NCBI GenBank assembly: GCA_030390025.1
Contig: CM059433.1
Span: forward strand, 10,046,001 to 10,110,000
Origin: Squalus acanthias
Taxonomy: Eukaryota
Direction: 5' to 3'
DNA: 64,000 bases
Shown one piece after another: positions 38,372 through 49,370 of the stretch. Under the pieces are notes generated by a model, which was not told where the DNA came from, searched no databases, and was given only the letters and a program-made list of their open reading frames with translations. Every line of letters starts with the position of its first letter. Within the stretch, counting starts at the first letter, position 1. A program made the translations under genes and the position numbers.

Positions 38372-38864
38372 ATGGTCTTTCATGGGGTTAATAGACAAGA
38401 CGTTTGCCTTGCTAGACATTGCGTCAGACTGATGCAATACACTAAGGGTAGGATTAGATGTCAGGTACAGCTGGTGGCGCTGGGCTCATTACAGTAGAGA
38501 GTCAGCGTTATTAAACAGAGCCCTGGGTAGGATATTTGTGTTGTTTATTTAAATTATTATTACACAGTACCGGCTTTACATTATTTGTGACTTCCGCTGG
38601 AGGCCATCTGAGATAAATATTATTTAAAATGCAATGGGGTGAAACAATGCTTTAAATGGGAGTCACAATGCATCAAGTAGGAGTTACGCCTGGTGCCCAT
38701 TTTTTTGCCCATTCTCAGGAACATACAACGTTACACCGTTGGGGTGTGCTGAAGGTTATGCATAACTGAGCAGCCAATCCAAAAGCACTCACAAGCGTAT
38801 TGTCCAACCAAATAAATGGGCATTTACCTGCTCCAATTAACATTTTGAGGGAGAAATGGAAAGA

Positions 38865-39535
38865 TATGTAGAAGCTGACCGCATGTCTGAGGATTAAGCG
38901 GTCAACGGGCAGTCGGTAGATGAGGAAGAGGGGAAGGGCTATGTCTAGATTTTTAGGGGAATCCGGAGGTAATGGGGCAAGGGTGGGAAGAGAAGCCATT
39001 GCTGGAGATGCTTTGGCTACAATCAGATAAGTAAGAGTGGGACCAAGTGAGGGTAGTCCCACTGAGCTGGACAACAGAGAGGCGTTGCGGAGGAAGGTGT
39101 GGTCAATTGAATCAAAGGCATAGAGGTTGAGGAGAGTGAGGAGGGAAAATGCACCACATCCACAGTCGCAGAGAATGCCATTCATGACTTTGATTAGAGT
39201 CGTTTCAGTGCTTGGGTGGGGTCAAAACCTGATGGCAGAGATTCAAACAGGGAGTCACAGGAAAGATGGGCATGGATTTGGGAGGTGAGAGCACATTCAA
39301 GGGCTTTGGAGAGGAATGGGAGATTGGAGATGAGGTGGTAGTTTAAGGACAGAGGGGTCAAGATTCGGTTTTGGAGGAAGGGGGTGATGACAGCAGATTT
39401 GAAAAGGAGGTTGACAGTACCCGAGGCGAAGCAACCGTTAACAATATCAGGCAACATGGGGTCCAGGAAGGGAAGTTGGGTGGTCAGCAGTTTGGTGGGA
39501 ATGGGGGGGTCAAGGGAGCAAGATCTAAATGGTGA
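38865..39535 (-). mobile_element. Old L2 LINE RT-region remnant
   Basis: PIPTKLL...FKSAVITP...NYHLISNLPFLSKALE and AFDSIDH in ORFs 39194-39577 and 38715-39185. Confidence 0.8.
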
Positions 39536-39834
39536 ACAGTGAACCTCTTTGAAAATACCGGAGCCGAAATGTACCATCCAGCGCCCTTTCGTGCAAACAG
39601 CAGGAGGGTAATGTAAAAATTAATGGGGCGTTCTCTCCAGGAAAAAGTAATTTCTTGTGCCCGGCAACGGCACAAGCCGAATGGTCACTATCCTCCTGAA
39701 GGAGGTGGGAGGAGGGGTCTCTTTGGGATCACGTCAGCTGCAAGAGGACGCACTTGGCAATCAGAAACCAAGTCGAACCTTTGTGGCACAGCTGGTAAAT
39801 CATCACCTAAGCCAAGCTGGTTAGCAGTATTAGC

Positions 39835-40425
39835 AGTTAGCGGTCACTTTAATTCTCCGCTCCACTCCCACTCTGACCTCGCCGTCCTCGGCCTCTTATA
39901 CTGTTCCAATGAAGCTCAACGTAAGCTCGAGGAACAGCACCTCATCTTTCGATTAGGCACTTTACAGCCTTCTGGACTCAACATTGAGTTCAACAATTTC
40001 AGACCATAACCTCTGCCCTTATCTATTTTTTCATTTTTTTTTCTCTCTCTCACATGGCAGCTGTCTTTCATTCTGCCATCGCCAGTTACACTTCACCTAG
40101 AGCCATCTTTTGTTTCTTAACTTGTCCCATTACCATCTCCTTTTGCCTCGCACCATCATCCCTTTTGTCTCTTAATCTCTCCTGCCTTCCAGCCTATCAC
40201 AGACCTTCCCTTTTGTTGTTTCCTCCCCTCCCCCCTCTCCCTGCCCCTGCACTTGCTTAAAAACCTGTTCCATCTCCAACTTTTTCCAGTTCTGACGAAG
40301 GGTCATCGACCCGAAACGTTAACTCTCTTTCTCTCTCCACAGATGCTGCCTGACCTGCTGAGTATTTCCAGCATTTTCTGTTTTTATTTCAGATTTCCAG
40401 CATCCGCAGTATTTTGCTTTTGTAT
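39835..40425 (+). mobile_element. Penelope-like retroelement 3' end
   Basis: HFNSPLHSHSDLAVLGL...RKLEEQHLIFRLGTLQPSGLNIEF (GIY-YIG C-terminus, stop at 40009), followed by UTR with hammerhead. Confidence 0.92.
40288..40324 (+). ncRNA. Minimal type I hammerhead ribozyme
   Basis: AGUU-CUGACGA-A-GGGUC(AUC)GACCC-GAA-ACGU-U-AACU; stems I and II fully paired. Confidence 0.85.
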
Positions 40426-40586
40426 TTGTTGTAGCAGTATTCTCTGATGCGGTTGATGGTTGACCAGCCAGCCCAGCTCATTCATGAGACATGGAGTTGG
40501 GATTATTCCCACACCGCTGCAGATGACCCTGTGAACCAATGCCGTAAGAGCTAGGGTGGTCTGAGTTGGATATACAGCAGGAAACT

Positions 40587-40698
40587 CAGCAGTGCTGTGC
40601 GGTTTCAGCTGGTTGACGTCCATCAGTGCCCCTTCACACACTCGGGGGGCACTGATGGACATCTACCAGCTAAAACCGTGCTGCACACAGCACTGCTG
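40587..40698. repeat. Long imperfect hairpin (pre-miRNA-sized or MITE relic)
   Basis: Outer 13-bp stem cagcagtgctgtg/cacagcactgctg, 7-nt bulge, inner ~35-bp stem with 3 mismatches, 9-nt loop. Confidence 0.85.
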
Positions 40699-40882
40699 CC
40701 ATAATGGAAAGTCACGTGCAAGTGGTATATGACAAGTCTCGGCGGGATTTTCTTCATTGCCTGTTTGTAGACAAGCAGGAAAAAGAGCATAGGGCCATGT
40801 AGACGATAGGGAAGATTTTTCTGTGGGGTTCTCCTGCAGTAGCTTTCGTGGAATTCGGAGCTCCTAGAATTAGGAACATCCT

Positions 40883-41127
40883 TGTTTTCAAATCCCCTCC
40901 ATGGCCTCGCCCCTCCCTAACTCTGTAACCTCCTCCAGCCCTACAACCCTCCGAGATCTCTGCGCTCCTCTAATTCTGGCCTCTATCGCATCCCTGATTA
41001 TAATCACTCCACCATTGGCAGGCCGTGCCTTCAGCTGCCTGGGCCCTAAGCTCTGCAATTCCCTCTCTAAACCTCTCCGCCTCTCTCTCCTTAAGACGTT
41101 CCTTAAACCTATCTCTTTGACCAAGCC
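40883..41127 (+). mobile_element. L2 3'-region fragment
   Basis: GRAFSCLGPKLCNSL in ORF 40901-41212. Confidence 0.85.
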
Positions 41128-41149
41128 TGTCCCAGGAAAGAGAGGTAGC

Positions 41150-41660
41150 AGAAGGCACGGCCAGCAATGGTTGAGCGATTATAATCGGGGATGCTCAAGA
41201 GGGCAGAATTAGAGGAGCGCAGATATCTCGGGGGGTTGTGGGGCTGAAGGAGATTACAGAGATAGGGAGGGGCGAGGCCATGGATAGATTTGAAAACAAG
41301 GATGAGAATTTTGAAATCGAGGCGCTGCTTAATCGGGAGCACAGGGGTGATGGGCGAATGGGACTTGGTGCGAGTTAGGACACAGGCAGCCGAGTTTTGG
41401 ATGACCTCAAGTTTACGTAGGGTAGAATGTGGGAGTCCAGCCAGGAGTGCACTGGAATAGTCAAGTCTGGAGGTAACAAAGGCATGGATGAGGGTTTCAG
41501 CAGCGGATGAGCTGAGGCAAGGGCGGAGACGGGCGATATTACGGAGGTGGAAATAGGCGGCCTTAGTTATGCTGCGGATATGTGGTCGGAATCTCATTTC
41601 AGGTTCAAATATGACACCAAGGTTGCGAACAGTGTAGTTCAGCCTCAGACAGATGTTAGG
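41150..41660 (-). mobile_element. L2 ORF2 C-terminal fragment
   Basis: VRNLGVIF...AYFHLRNIARLRP...LIHAFVTSRLDY...IQNSAA...HGLAPPYL (ORF 41109-41669). Confidence 0.95.
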
Positions 41661-42359
41661 GACACCCAAAATGTTAATCCACCTTTTCTCATTTCAGATG
41701 TAGATGGACCTCCTGTCTACTTCCAGTATTTTCTGTTCTTATTTTAGATTTCCAGCATTGGCAGTGTTTTCTTTCACCTCTAGTGAAAGTCATCGGTGTT
41801 TGAGTCCCTGAGTCCAGAGGCGCAGGGCCATTTATCCTGATGACACCCAGCTCCACCTTTCGACCACCTCTATCGCGCCCACCCCCGCCCACCCCCTTCT
41901 CCGCCACGGCTTCTTTGGCGTCAGACTACTTGTTCGGTAACCAGTCTTGGATGAGTCATAACTTCCTCCAGCCTATTTTCGTCTGGGTAACATTGGGTAC
42001 CCTCACCCTTCCCTCAGCCCTTCCACCACACTAAACCTTATCCATGCTTCTGCAAGTTCTAGGCTCAATTATTCCAACACTCTGCTTGATAGAGTTTGAG
42101 AATGGAGATACCCAAAAGGGGCTGTTCGTTGTGTTCTATTTCTTATTGTAATTTGAGACGAAAGAACGTGACAAAATTATCATTCCAAAAATTCTTACTT
42201 ACGTAGGCCTCTTCTGGCCCTGGACCCACCTCACGTCCGCTTCCCGAGGGCGCGATTGGCATCGAACGACGTCATCAGACCCCAACTTTTACATCTCAAT
42301 AAGACCCTCGACTCCCCAAAACGCAGCTGTGAAAATGGCGTGCGGCGCTGGATCAGTGA

Positions 42360-42797
42360 GAACATAGGAATAGGAACAGGAGCGGGCCACTCAGCCCCTC
42401 GAGCCTGTTCCACCATTCAATTAGACCGCGGCTGATCCGTGTCTTAACTCCATCTCCCCACCTTGTTTCCGTATCCCTTAATGCCCTTGCCTAACAAAAA
42501 TCTATCAATCTCAGTTTTGACATTTTCAATTGACATAACCTCAACAGTTTTTTGGGGGAGAGAGTTCCCGATTTCCACTGCCCTTTGTGTGAGGAAATGC
42601 TTCCTGACATCAACCCTGAACGGCCTGGCTCTAATTTTAAGGTTGTGCCCCCTTATTCTGGACTCCCCCCACCAGAGGAAATAGTTTCTCTCTATCTACC
42701 CTATCAAATCCTTTGGTCATCGTAAACACCTTAATTAGATCACCCTTTATCTTTTATGCTCAAGGGAATACAAGCCTAGTCTATGCAATCTGTCCTG
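42360..42797 (-). mobile_element. CR1 3' end
   Basis: aacataggaataggaacaggagcgggcc tail; body colinear with other CR1 copies. Confidence 0.85.
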
Positions 42798-42904
42798 AAA
42801 GGCCACCTGCGAAGACAGCTACCTATACACCTGTCACGATTGTAGCCCTCCCACTAGGTGAAATGACTGCCTGGTCATGACTCCTAGGCTAGCATCTCGC
42901 TCTT

Positions 42905-42929
42905 TCTCTCTCTCTCTCTCTCTCTCTCT
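42905..42929. repeat. (TC)n microsatellite
   Basis: Direct reading. Confidence 0.95.
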
Positions 42930-43178
42930 GTAGTATATACATCACTTTTTATCGATGTAGTAAGATCCAGGATTCAAAATGCTGGACATTAAAGATGCTC
43001 TACAATAGAAAGGGTGACCGTATATCGGAACCTCGGAATATCTTTCAATGCTCGGATATTTCACATCGGGCATGGTTTATGGGGGTGGGGGGGGGGGGGG
43101 GTGGTTAAAATCGGGGCTTAGGCATCTTCCGTTTCTATACCAGGCCAGTATTGCAGATTCGCTAATTTCATGTTTTTT

Positions 43179-43619
43179 TAGCTATAAGGAAAGATTGGAT
43201 AGGCTGGGGTTGTTTTCTTTGGAGCAGAGGAGGGGGGGGGGGCCTAATTGAGGTGTATAAAATTATGAGGGGCCTAGATCGAGTGGATAGGAAGGACCTA
43301 TTTCCCTTAGCAGAGGGGTTGATAACCAGGGGGCACAGATTTAAAGTAATTGGTCGGAGGTTTAGAGGGGATTTGAGGGGAAAGTTTTTCACCCAGAGGG
43401 TGGTGGGGGTCTGGAACTCACTGCCTGAAAGGGTGGTAGAGGCAGAGACCCTCATCGCATTTAAAAAGTGCTTGGATGTACACTTGAAGTGCCGTAACCT
43501 ACAGGGCTACGGACCAAGAGCTGGAAAGTGGGATTAGGCTGGACAGCTCTTTGTCGGCCGGCACGGACAAGATGGGCCAAAAGGCCTCCTTCTGTGCTGT
43601 AAATTTCTATGATTCGATG
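43179..43619 (+). mobile_element. CR1 3' end
   Basis: ORF 43253-43537 (YKIMRGLDRVD...FFTQRVVGVWNSLP). Confidence 0.95.
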
Positions 43620-43821
43620 TATTTTTTTAATAATCACTCTTGTTGCTATCAACAACATTTCTGTTTTCCTTTCCCCTTTGTAATGCTCAGTTTAATTATC
43701 AGAAACAAACACCAGGGAGAACGGAGTGAGTTTGGCCCAGAATTGACCCTCGTCCATAGTGTACTGAGCCTGCATCGACCATGATATAAAACCTACCACA
43801 GATGTGGCCCTTGAAACCACT

Positions 43822-44339
43822 CTTCTTCTTCTTCTTCTTAGGCAGTCCCTCGGAACTGAGGATGACTTGCTTCCACATTAAAAATGAGTTCTCAGGTGAC
43901 TGATGAGTCCAATGCGGGACCTACAGTCTCTGTCACAGGTGGGGCAGACGGTGGTTGAAGGGGCGGGTGGGTGGGGTGCTTGGGTTGACGTGCGCTCCTT
44001 CCGCTGTTTGCGCTTGGCTTCCGCTTGCTCCCGGTGAAGAGACTCGAGGTGTTCGGCGCCTTCCCGGATGCTTCTCCTCCACTTTGCGCGGTCTTGGGCC
44101 AGGGATTCCCAGGTGTCGGTGGGGATGTTGCACTTTTTCAAGGAGGCTTTGAGGGTGTCCTTGAAGCGTTTCCTCTGCCCACCTGGGGCTCTCTTGCCGT
44201 GTCGGAGCTCCGAGGAGAGCGGTTGTTTTGGGAGTCTCCTATCGGGCATGCGGACGATGTGACCCGTCCTTCGGAGCTGAGCGAGCGTGGTCAAAGCTTC
44301 AATGCTGGGGATGTTGGCCTGAGCGAGAACACTGACGTT
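43822..44339 (-). mobile_element. RTE-clade LINE 3' end
   Basis: GHIVRMPDRRLPKQ...GKRAPGGQRKRFKDTLK...CPTC...HLRTH; (GAA)n tail; TSD aaccact (43815-43821, 44340-44346). Confidence 0.92.
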
Positions 44340-45046
44340 AACCACTGACAATATGCTGACCATCACAGATCAGGGTTAAAGCCCAATATGCCCTCCAATT
44401 ACATAATTTATAAGTGGCAGGGGCGGAGAGTAATTAATCCTACACTCTGGAATTTAACATGAATCAGCGGTATATTCACAACATGTTCCAATATAGAGTC
44501 ATAGTGCAATCAAAGTTTAAGCTTCCTCAGCAGGTGTTCCTCATGTTACTGCTTTAAGCACAGTGCATTGTTTTCTAATCCTGTTTGCATGGGTTTAAAC
44601 ACTGGTACTTAATAGTTGACTGGGTAAAGATAAAGCTGTGATTGTGTTTTCACACCACTTCTGGCAGTCAGTGAACTGTTTGATGGCGCACATCAGCTCT
44701 CGGATACCTCAGGAAGTATTTCAAAAAAGACAATGAGTTAATCATATGCTAATTTTTCTGACTCGTATATTCTGTTGAGGTAAAGGAAAGGCCTTCTCAA
44801 AACCCATCTTTTCGACCAGCCTTCCCAGTCACTTCTCCGAGCTGTGCACTGTGACGCCGTACACACTACTTTGTTCCTTTTATCTATTTTTTTTTTCTTT
44901 CATCCCCACATAAAGTACCTTGGCACACTTCGTATGGAATGTAAGCTCTTGTTGTTGCTGCTGCAGTTCCCTCTGATCCACTTACAAAAGAAGTGGTTCT
45001 GCAAAGCTGAGGGCCCCAGTTTATACTGCAAGAAGGATCCATAGGA

Positions 45047-45450
45047 ACAACAACAGCAACTTGTATTTATATAGCGCCTTTAACGTCGTAAAACGTCCCA
45101 AGGCGCTGCACAGGAGTATTTTAAGACAAAAAAATTTTGACACCGAGCTAGATAAGGGTAAATTAGGGCAGGTGACCAAAAGCTTGGTCAAAGAGGTAGG
45201 TTTTAGTCAAGAGTCATAGAGTTATACAGCAGAGAAAGAGGCCCTTCGGCCCATCGTGTCCGCGCCGGCCATCAAGCCCTATCTATTCTAATCCCATTTT
45301 CCAGCACTTGGTCCGTAGCCTTGTATGCTATGGCGAGTCCGTAGCCTTCCCAAAACCCATCATTTCGACCAGCTCTTAAGGAGCATCTTAAATGAGGCAA
45401 GAGAGGCAGTGAGGCGGAGAGATTTAGGCAGGGAATTCCAGAGCTTAGGA
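45047..45450 (-). mobile_element. L2 3' end interrupted by a CR1 tail (~45208-45335)
   Basis: caacttgtatttatatagcgcctttaacg tail; gtcatagagttatacagc...ggcccttcggcccatc insert. Confidence 0.8.
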
Positions 45451-46211
45451 ATTGCTGGGTGAAAAAAAACAAGGTCCATCTAGTTTGCCTTCTACCATCC
45501 TGGTGCAAGATACAACTATAATAGAGTTGTTGACTAATCGCGGCAATCACTCTCCATCAACAACAACAACTTGCATTTACACAGCGCCTTTAACGTAGTA
45601 AAATGCCCCAGGACACTTCGTTAGAGCATTATCAAACAAAATTTCATTGGTCTACAACAGAGCCAGACGTGATGCGAGGAAAACCCCCAGTGGTGGAGAG
45701 CGTTGGGAACCAGAGGTCTAGAGTCACCTGTTCCTCCTGGGCACGCTACACTTGTCACATGTCTCAAATTATTCAAATCCTGTATCCCAATATGATTCCA
45801 CAGCACCAGAGCAACAGGAAAGCAACTGCACATGCACAATTACATGAAGGTTGCGAGTCCCCTTCGCCAGCATCTGGGGGAACCCTGGGAGTGAAAAATC
45901 AGTGGCTTGTTTAGGTAGCTAGGCCGCTCAGCCTGTCACTGGCCAGAACATCATGCCGTTCTCCTTATTTACTCTATCAAAACAGTTCATGATTTTGAAC
46001 ACCTCCATCAAATCTGCTCGAAGGACAACAACCCCAGCTTCTCCAGTCTCTCTACATCCCTCAGCCCTGGTACCATTCCAGTAAATCACCTCTGCACCCT
46101 CTCGAAGGCCTTCCTAAAGTGCGGTGCCCAGAATTAAACACAATACTCCAGCTGAGGCCTAAACGGTGTTTTATAAAGGGTTAGCATAACTTCCTTGCTT
46201 TTGCAATCTAT

Positions 46212-47133
46212 GGGGGGAATATCAACCCCAAAAAACGAATAGGTTGGGGTCAAGTGGGAGGTTAAAGTGTTAAAAAAATGAATTCTGACCCGAAAACGCC
46301 TCCAACCCATCCACTTCCGGTTTTAGCGGAGATGGGACGGGGCGGGGAGGGGGGGGGGGGGGGCGAGCAACAAACCCGCTGCCAGGAGGCGGGTCGCCCA
46401 TTTAAATATTATAATGAGGCTGCGTGCCTCAGACTTAACCACAATTTCAAGTTTAACTCTGGCTGGTCGGGTTTCTCAGGCCTCAGGGAACCCGTCAGCT
46501 AAAATAAGGCGAGGCCTGGTGGATCTGGGACGTAAGAGCCTTTACACCTACCTCCTAGATCCAGTCCTCTGCCTCACCCACCCCCGGGATCGGACACCCC
46601 CACAAGGCCTCCGATTCCCCCCCCCCCAAACGAGGCCTCCGATCTCCCCCCCCCCCCACCCCCCCCGACGAGTCCTCCGATTCCCCCTCCAGCTCCCCGA
46701 TCGCCTTCCCAGACTCCCCCCTTCAATCCCGATCCTCTCCCCCATGCCCCCCCCACCTCCCCCCCCCCACCCCGCCACTTTGGTGATACTGCGGTGGGCC
46801 CCGATCGTCCAGCCCCAATCCTACTCCCACCCTGGCTCACTTCCCCCCGATGCTGGTCTGGCCCGACCATCCGGCCACCAACCACCCTTCCCTCCCTGAT
46901 CCCTCCCTCCCTCCTCTCTGCAGCCCAGTGCCACAGGCCTACCCGCCCACAGCCAGCCAGCCAGCTTCTCCATCTGGCAGGCTGCGGGTGGGATACACAG
47001 CTTTGAAATGCTAATCAGGACCTACCATTAAATTTTCCTGGGTTTCACGACCGCTTTCTAGCCCACCATCCCCCATCCCCCATCCCGCACCCCAACCCCG
47101 CTCCCGACCTACCTCCAGATGAAAATTTCAGCC
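46212..47133. mobile_element. Harbinger-type MITE
   Basis: TSD TAT (46209-46211, 47134-47136); CR1 host continuous after removal; imperfect TIRs. Confidence 0.8.
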
Positions 47134-47491
47134 TATGCCTCTATTTCAAAAGCCAAGGATCCCGTCTCCTTTTTTTAAACAGCCTTCACAACTGCAAAGA
47201 TTTGTGTAAATACATGCCCGGGGTCTCTCTGTTCTTGCACTCCCTTTAAAATTGTATCATTTAGTTTATATTGCCTCTCCTCATTCTTCCCACCAAAATG
47301 TATCACTTCACACTTCTCTGCGTTAAATTTCATCTGCCATGTGTCCGCCCATTTCACCAGTCTGTCTGTGTCCTCCTGAAGTCTGTTATTATCTCCTCCT
47401 GTTTACTACATTTCCGAGTTTCGTGTCATCTACAAACTTTGAAACTATGTCCTGTATACCCAAGTCCAAGTCATTAATCTATGTCAAAAAG

Positions 47492-47637
47492 CCATGATGT
47501 GGAGATGCCGGTGTTGGACTGGGGTGGACAAATGTGAGAAGTCGCACAACACCAGGTTATAGTCCAACAGGTTTATTTGAAATCACAAGCTTTCGGAGCG
47601 CTGCTCCTTCGTCAGGTGAAGTCTCCGAAAGCTTGTG
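47492..47637 (-). mobile_element. Short Penelope-like insertion with short inverted segment
   Basis: 11-bp TSD atgtcaaaaag (47481-47491, 47638-47648); 47623-47639 is an inverted copy of 47582-47598. Confidence 0.88.
47583..47619 (-). ncRNA. Minimal type I hammerhead ribozyme (second family)
   Basis: UCAC-CUGACGA-A-GGAGC(AGC)GCUCC-GAA-AGCU-U-GUGA. Confidence 0.85.
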
Positions 47638-47685
47638 ATGTCAAAAAGAGCAGTGGTCCTAATTCCGACCCCTGGGGACGGTCAC

Positions 47686-47848
47686 CAATGTTCCCTTTAA
47701 TTTTTATATTGGGGGTGCGTGGCCCCTTTAAGAGGCTACGCGGCCCATTCAAAATACCGCGCATGTGAGTTTCTCCCATTTAAAAGCCGGTGAGCCGGCT
47801 GCGTGGGCGCTCGAGAGCGCTGCGCAGCCGGGCAGCTTAAAGGGAATT
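47686..47848. mobile_element. hAT-type MITE, right end clipped
   Basis: caatgttccctttaa ... ttaaagggaa inverted termini; no TSD visible. Confidence 0.55.
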
Positions 47849-48223
47849 ACAACTCCTCACGACTGCTCTCTGCTTTCTGTCCCTTAGCCAACTGCGTATC
47901 CATGCTGCCACTGTCCCTTTAATCCCACGGGCTTTACCACAAGTCTCGAGTTACTCAAATCCTGCGTCCCAAAATGATTTGACAGCACCGGAGCAATAAG
48001 AAAGCAAATACACACGCGCAATTACTTGAAAGTTGTGGGTCCTCTTCCCTAACATCTAGGGGAGCCCCGGGAGTGAAAAATCAGCAGCCTGTGTAGATAG
48101 CCGCTCAACCTGTCAGTGGCCAGAAAATCTGTCTGCCTGTGCCTCTAACAGCAATGTTTTTATCGCTGCTGGGGGCATTGCTGCTAACGGAGGCGTCAGC
48201 AGATACAATCTCCTTAGATGGGT

Positions 48224-48762
48224 CATAAGAACATAAGAAAAAGGAGCAGGAGTCGGCCATTTGGCCCCTTGAGCCTGCTCCGCCATTCAATAAGATCATG
48301 GCTGATCTTCTACCTCATCTCCACTTTCCTGCACTATCCCCATATCCCCTTGATTCCCTTAATATTCAAAAATCTATCGATCTCTGTCTTGAATATACTC
48401 AACGACGGAGCCTCCACAGCCCTCTGGGGTAGAGAATTCCAAAGATTCACCACCCTCTGAGTGAAGCAATTTCTCCTCATCTCAGTCCTAAATGGCCGAC
48501 CCCTTATTCTGAGACTGTGACTCCTGGTTCTAGACTCCCCAGCCAGGGGAAATATCCTCACTGCATCTACCCTGTCAAGCCCTGTAAGAATTTTGTATGT
48601 TTCCATGAGATCACCTCTCATTCTTCTAAACTCTAGAGTATATAGGCCTAGTCTACTCAAACTGTCCTCATAGACAATTCCCCCATCCCAGGAACCAGTC
48701 TGGTGAACCTTTGTTGCACTCCCTCTATGGCAAGTATATCCTTCCTTAGGTAAGGAGACCAA
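48224..48762 (-). mobile_element. CR1 3' end
   Basis: ORF 48334-48816 (LEFRRMRGDLMETYKIL...TQRVVNLWNSLP). Confidence 0.95.
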
Positions 48763-48960
48763 GGGGGAAAAGATCGGTATCGCCCACTTTGGGGCGCTAA
48801 TATCGGCCGGGTGCAAAGTTTAGCGCCCGGCGCTAATTATCGCCTCCGACTGGAAAATTCGCCTCTATCGCCCCTGGAGGTGATTTGAGCGCTAAATCAG
48901 GCGCTACACACCTCTCTTAACGTGCTAACGTCGGGGAGCGAGGCGCTACCTCAGAACGCT
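48763..48960. mobile_element. Left-end fragment of GC-rich MITE
   Basis: Colinear with 49371-49565; no right TIR. Confidence 0.75.
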
Positions 48961-49370
48961 ATATATTATACATGTTGGGTAAGGATGGAACACTGGATCA
49001 TCAGCCAGCTATGGAAATTACAATGGCCGGAAGACCATTTCAACATGTTGTCTCCTAATTTCCTACTCAAAAATTTTCCACACACTAATCGAGGCAGTTT
49101 TCAAAGCCAGCAGTTCTAAGGACTCAGATTTGAAAGCTAATTCTATGGAATTCAATGCTCTTTTCTATTGTAGATTTTCTCGCTTTCCTTCCTTCTCTTT
49201 TGAAGGAGCTGGCTCCTGCTGCAGTACTGTTGCCCCGATTCTAGCCACCTTCTGCCACTGTGCCCAAGTGGCCATTCTTCAAAACAGTGCATTTTGGCAG
49301 GCTGTCTGATTGCAGCGATCATCACAGGCAAGCCTGTTCCATCCGTACCCAACATATACATACACATTAG

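Larger units (their letters stand above)
45449..47940 (-). mobile_element. CR1 with long 3' UTR, host to several nested insertions
   Basis: KWADTWQMKFNAEKCEVIHFG (47175-47357); coding sequence resumes across each insert; a second piece of the same UTR lies at ~47945-48125. Confidence 0.75.
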
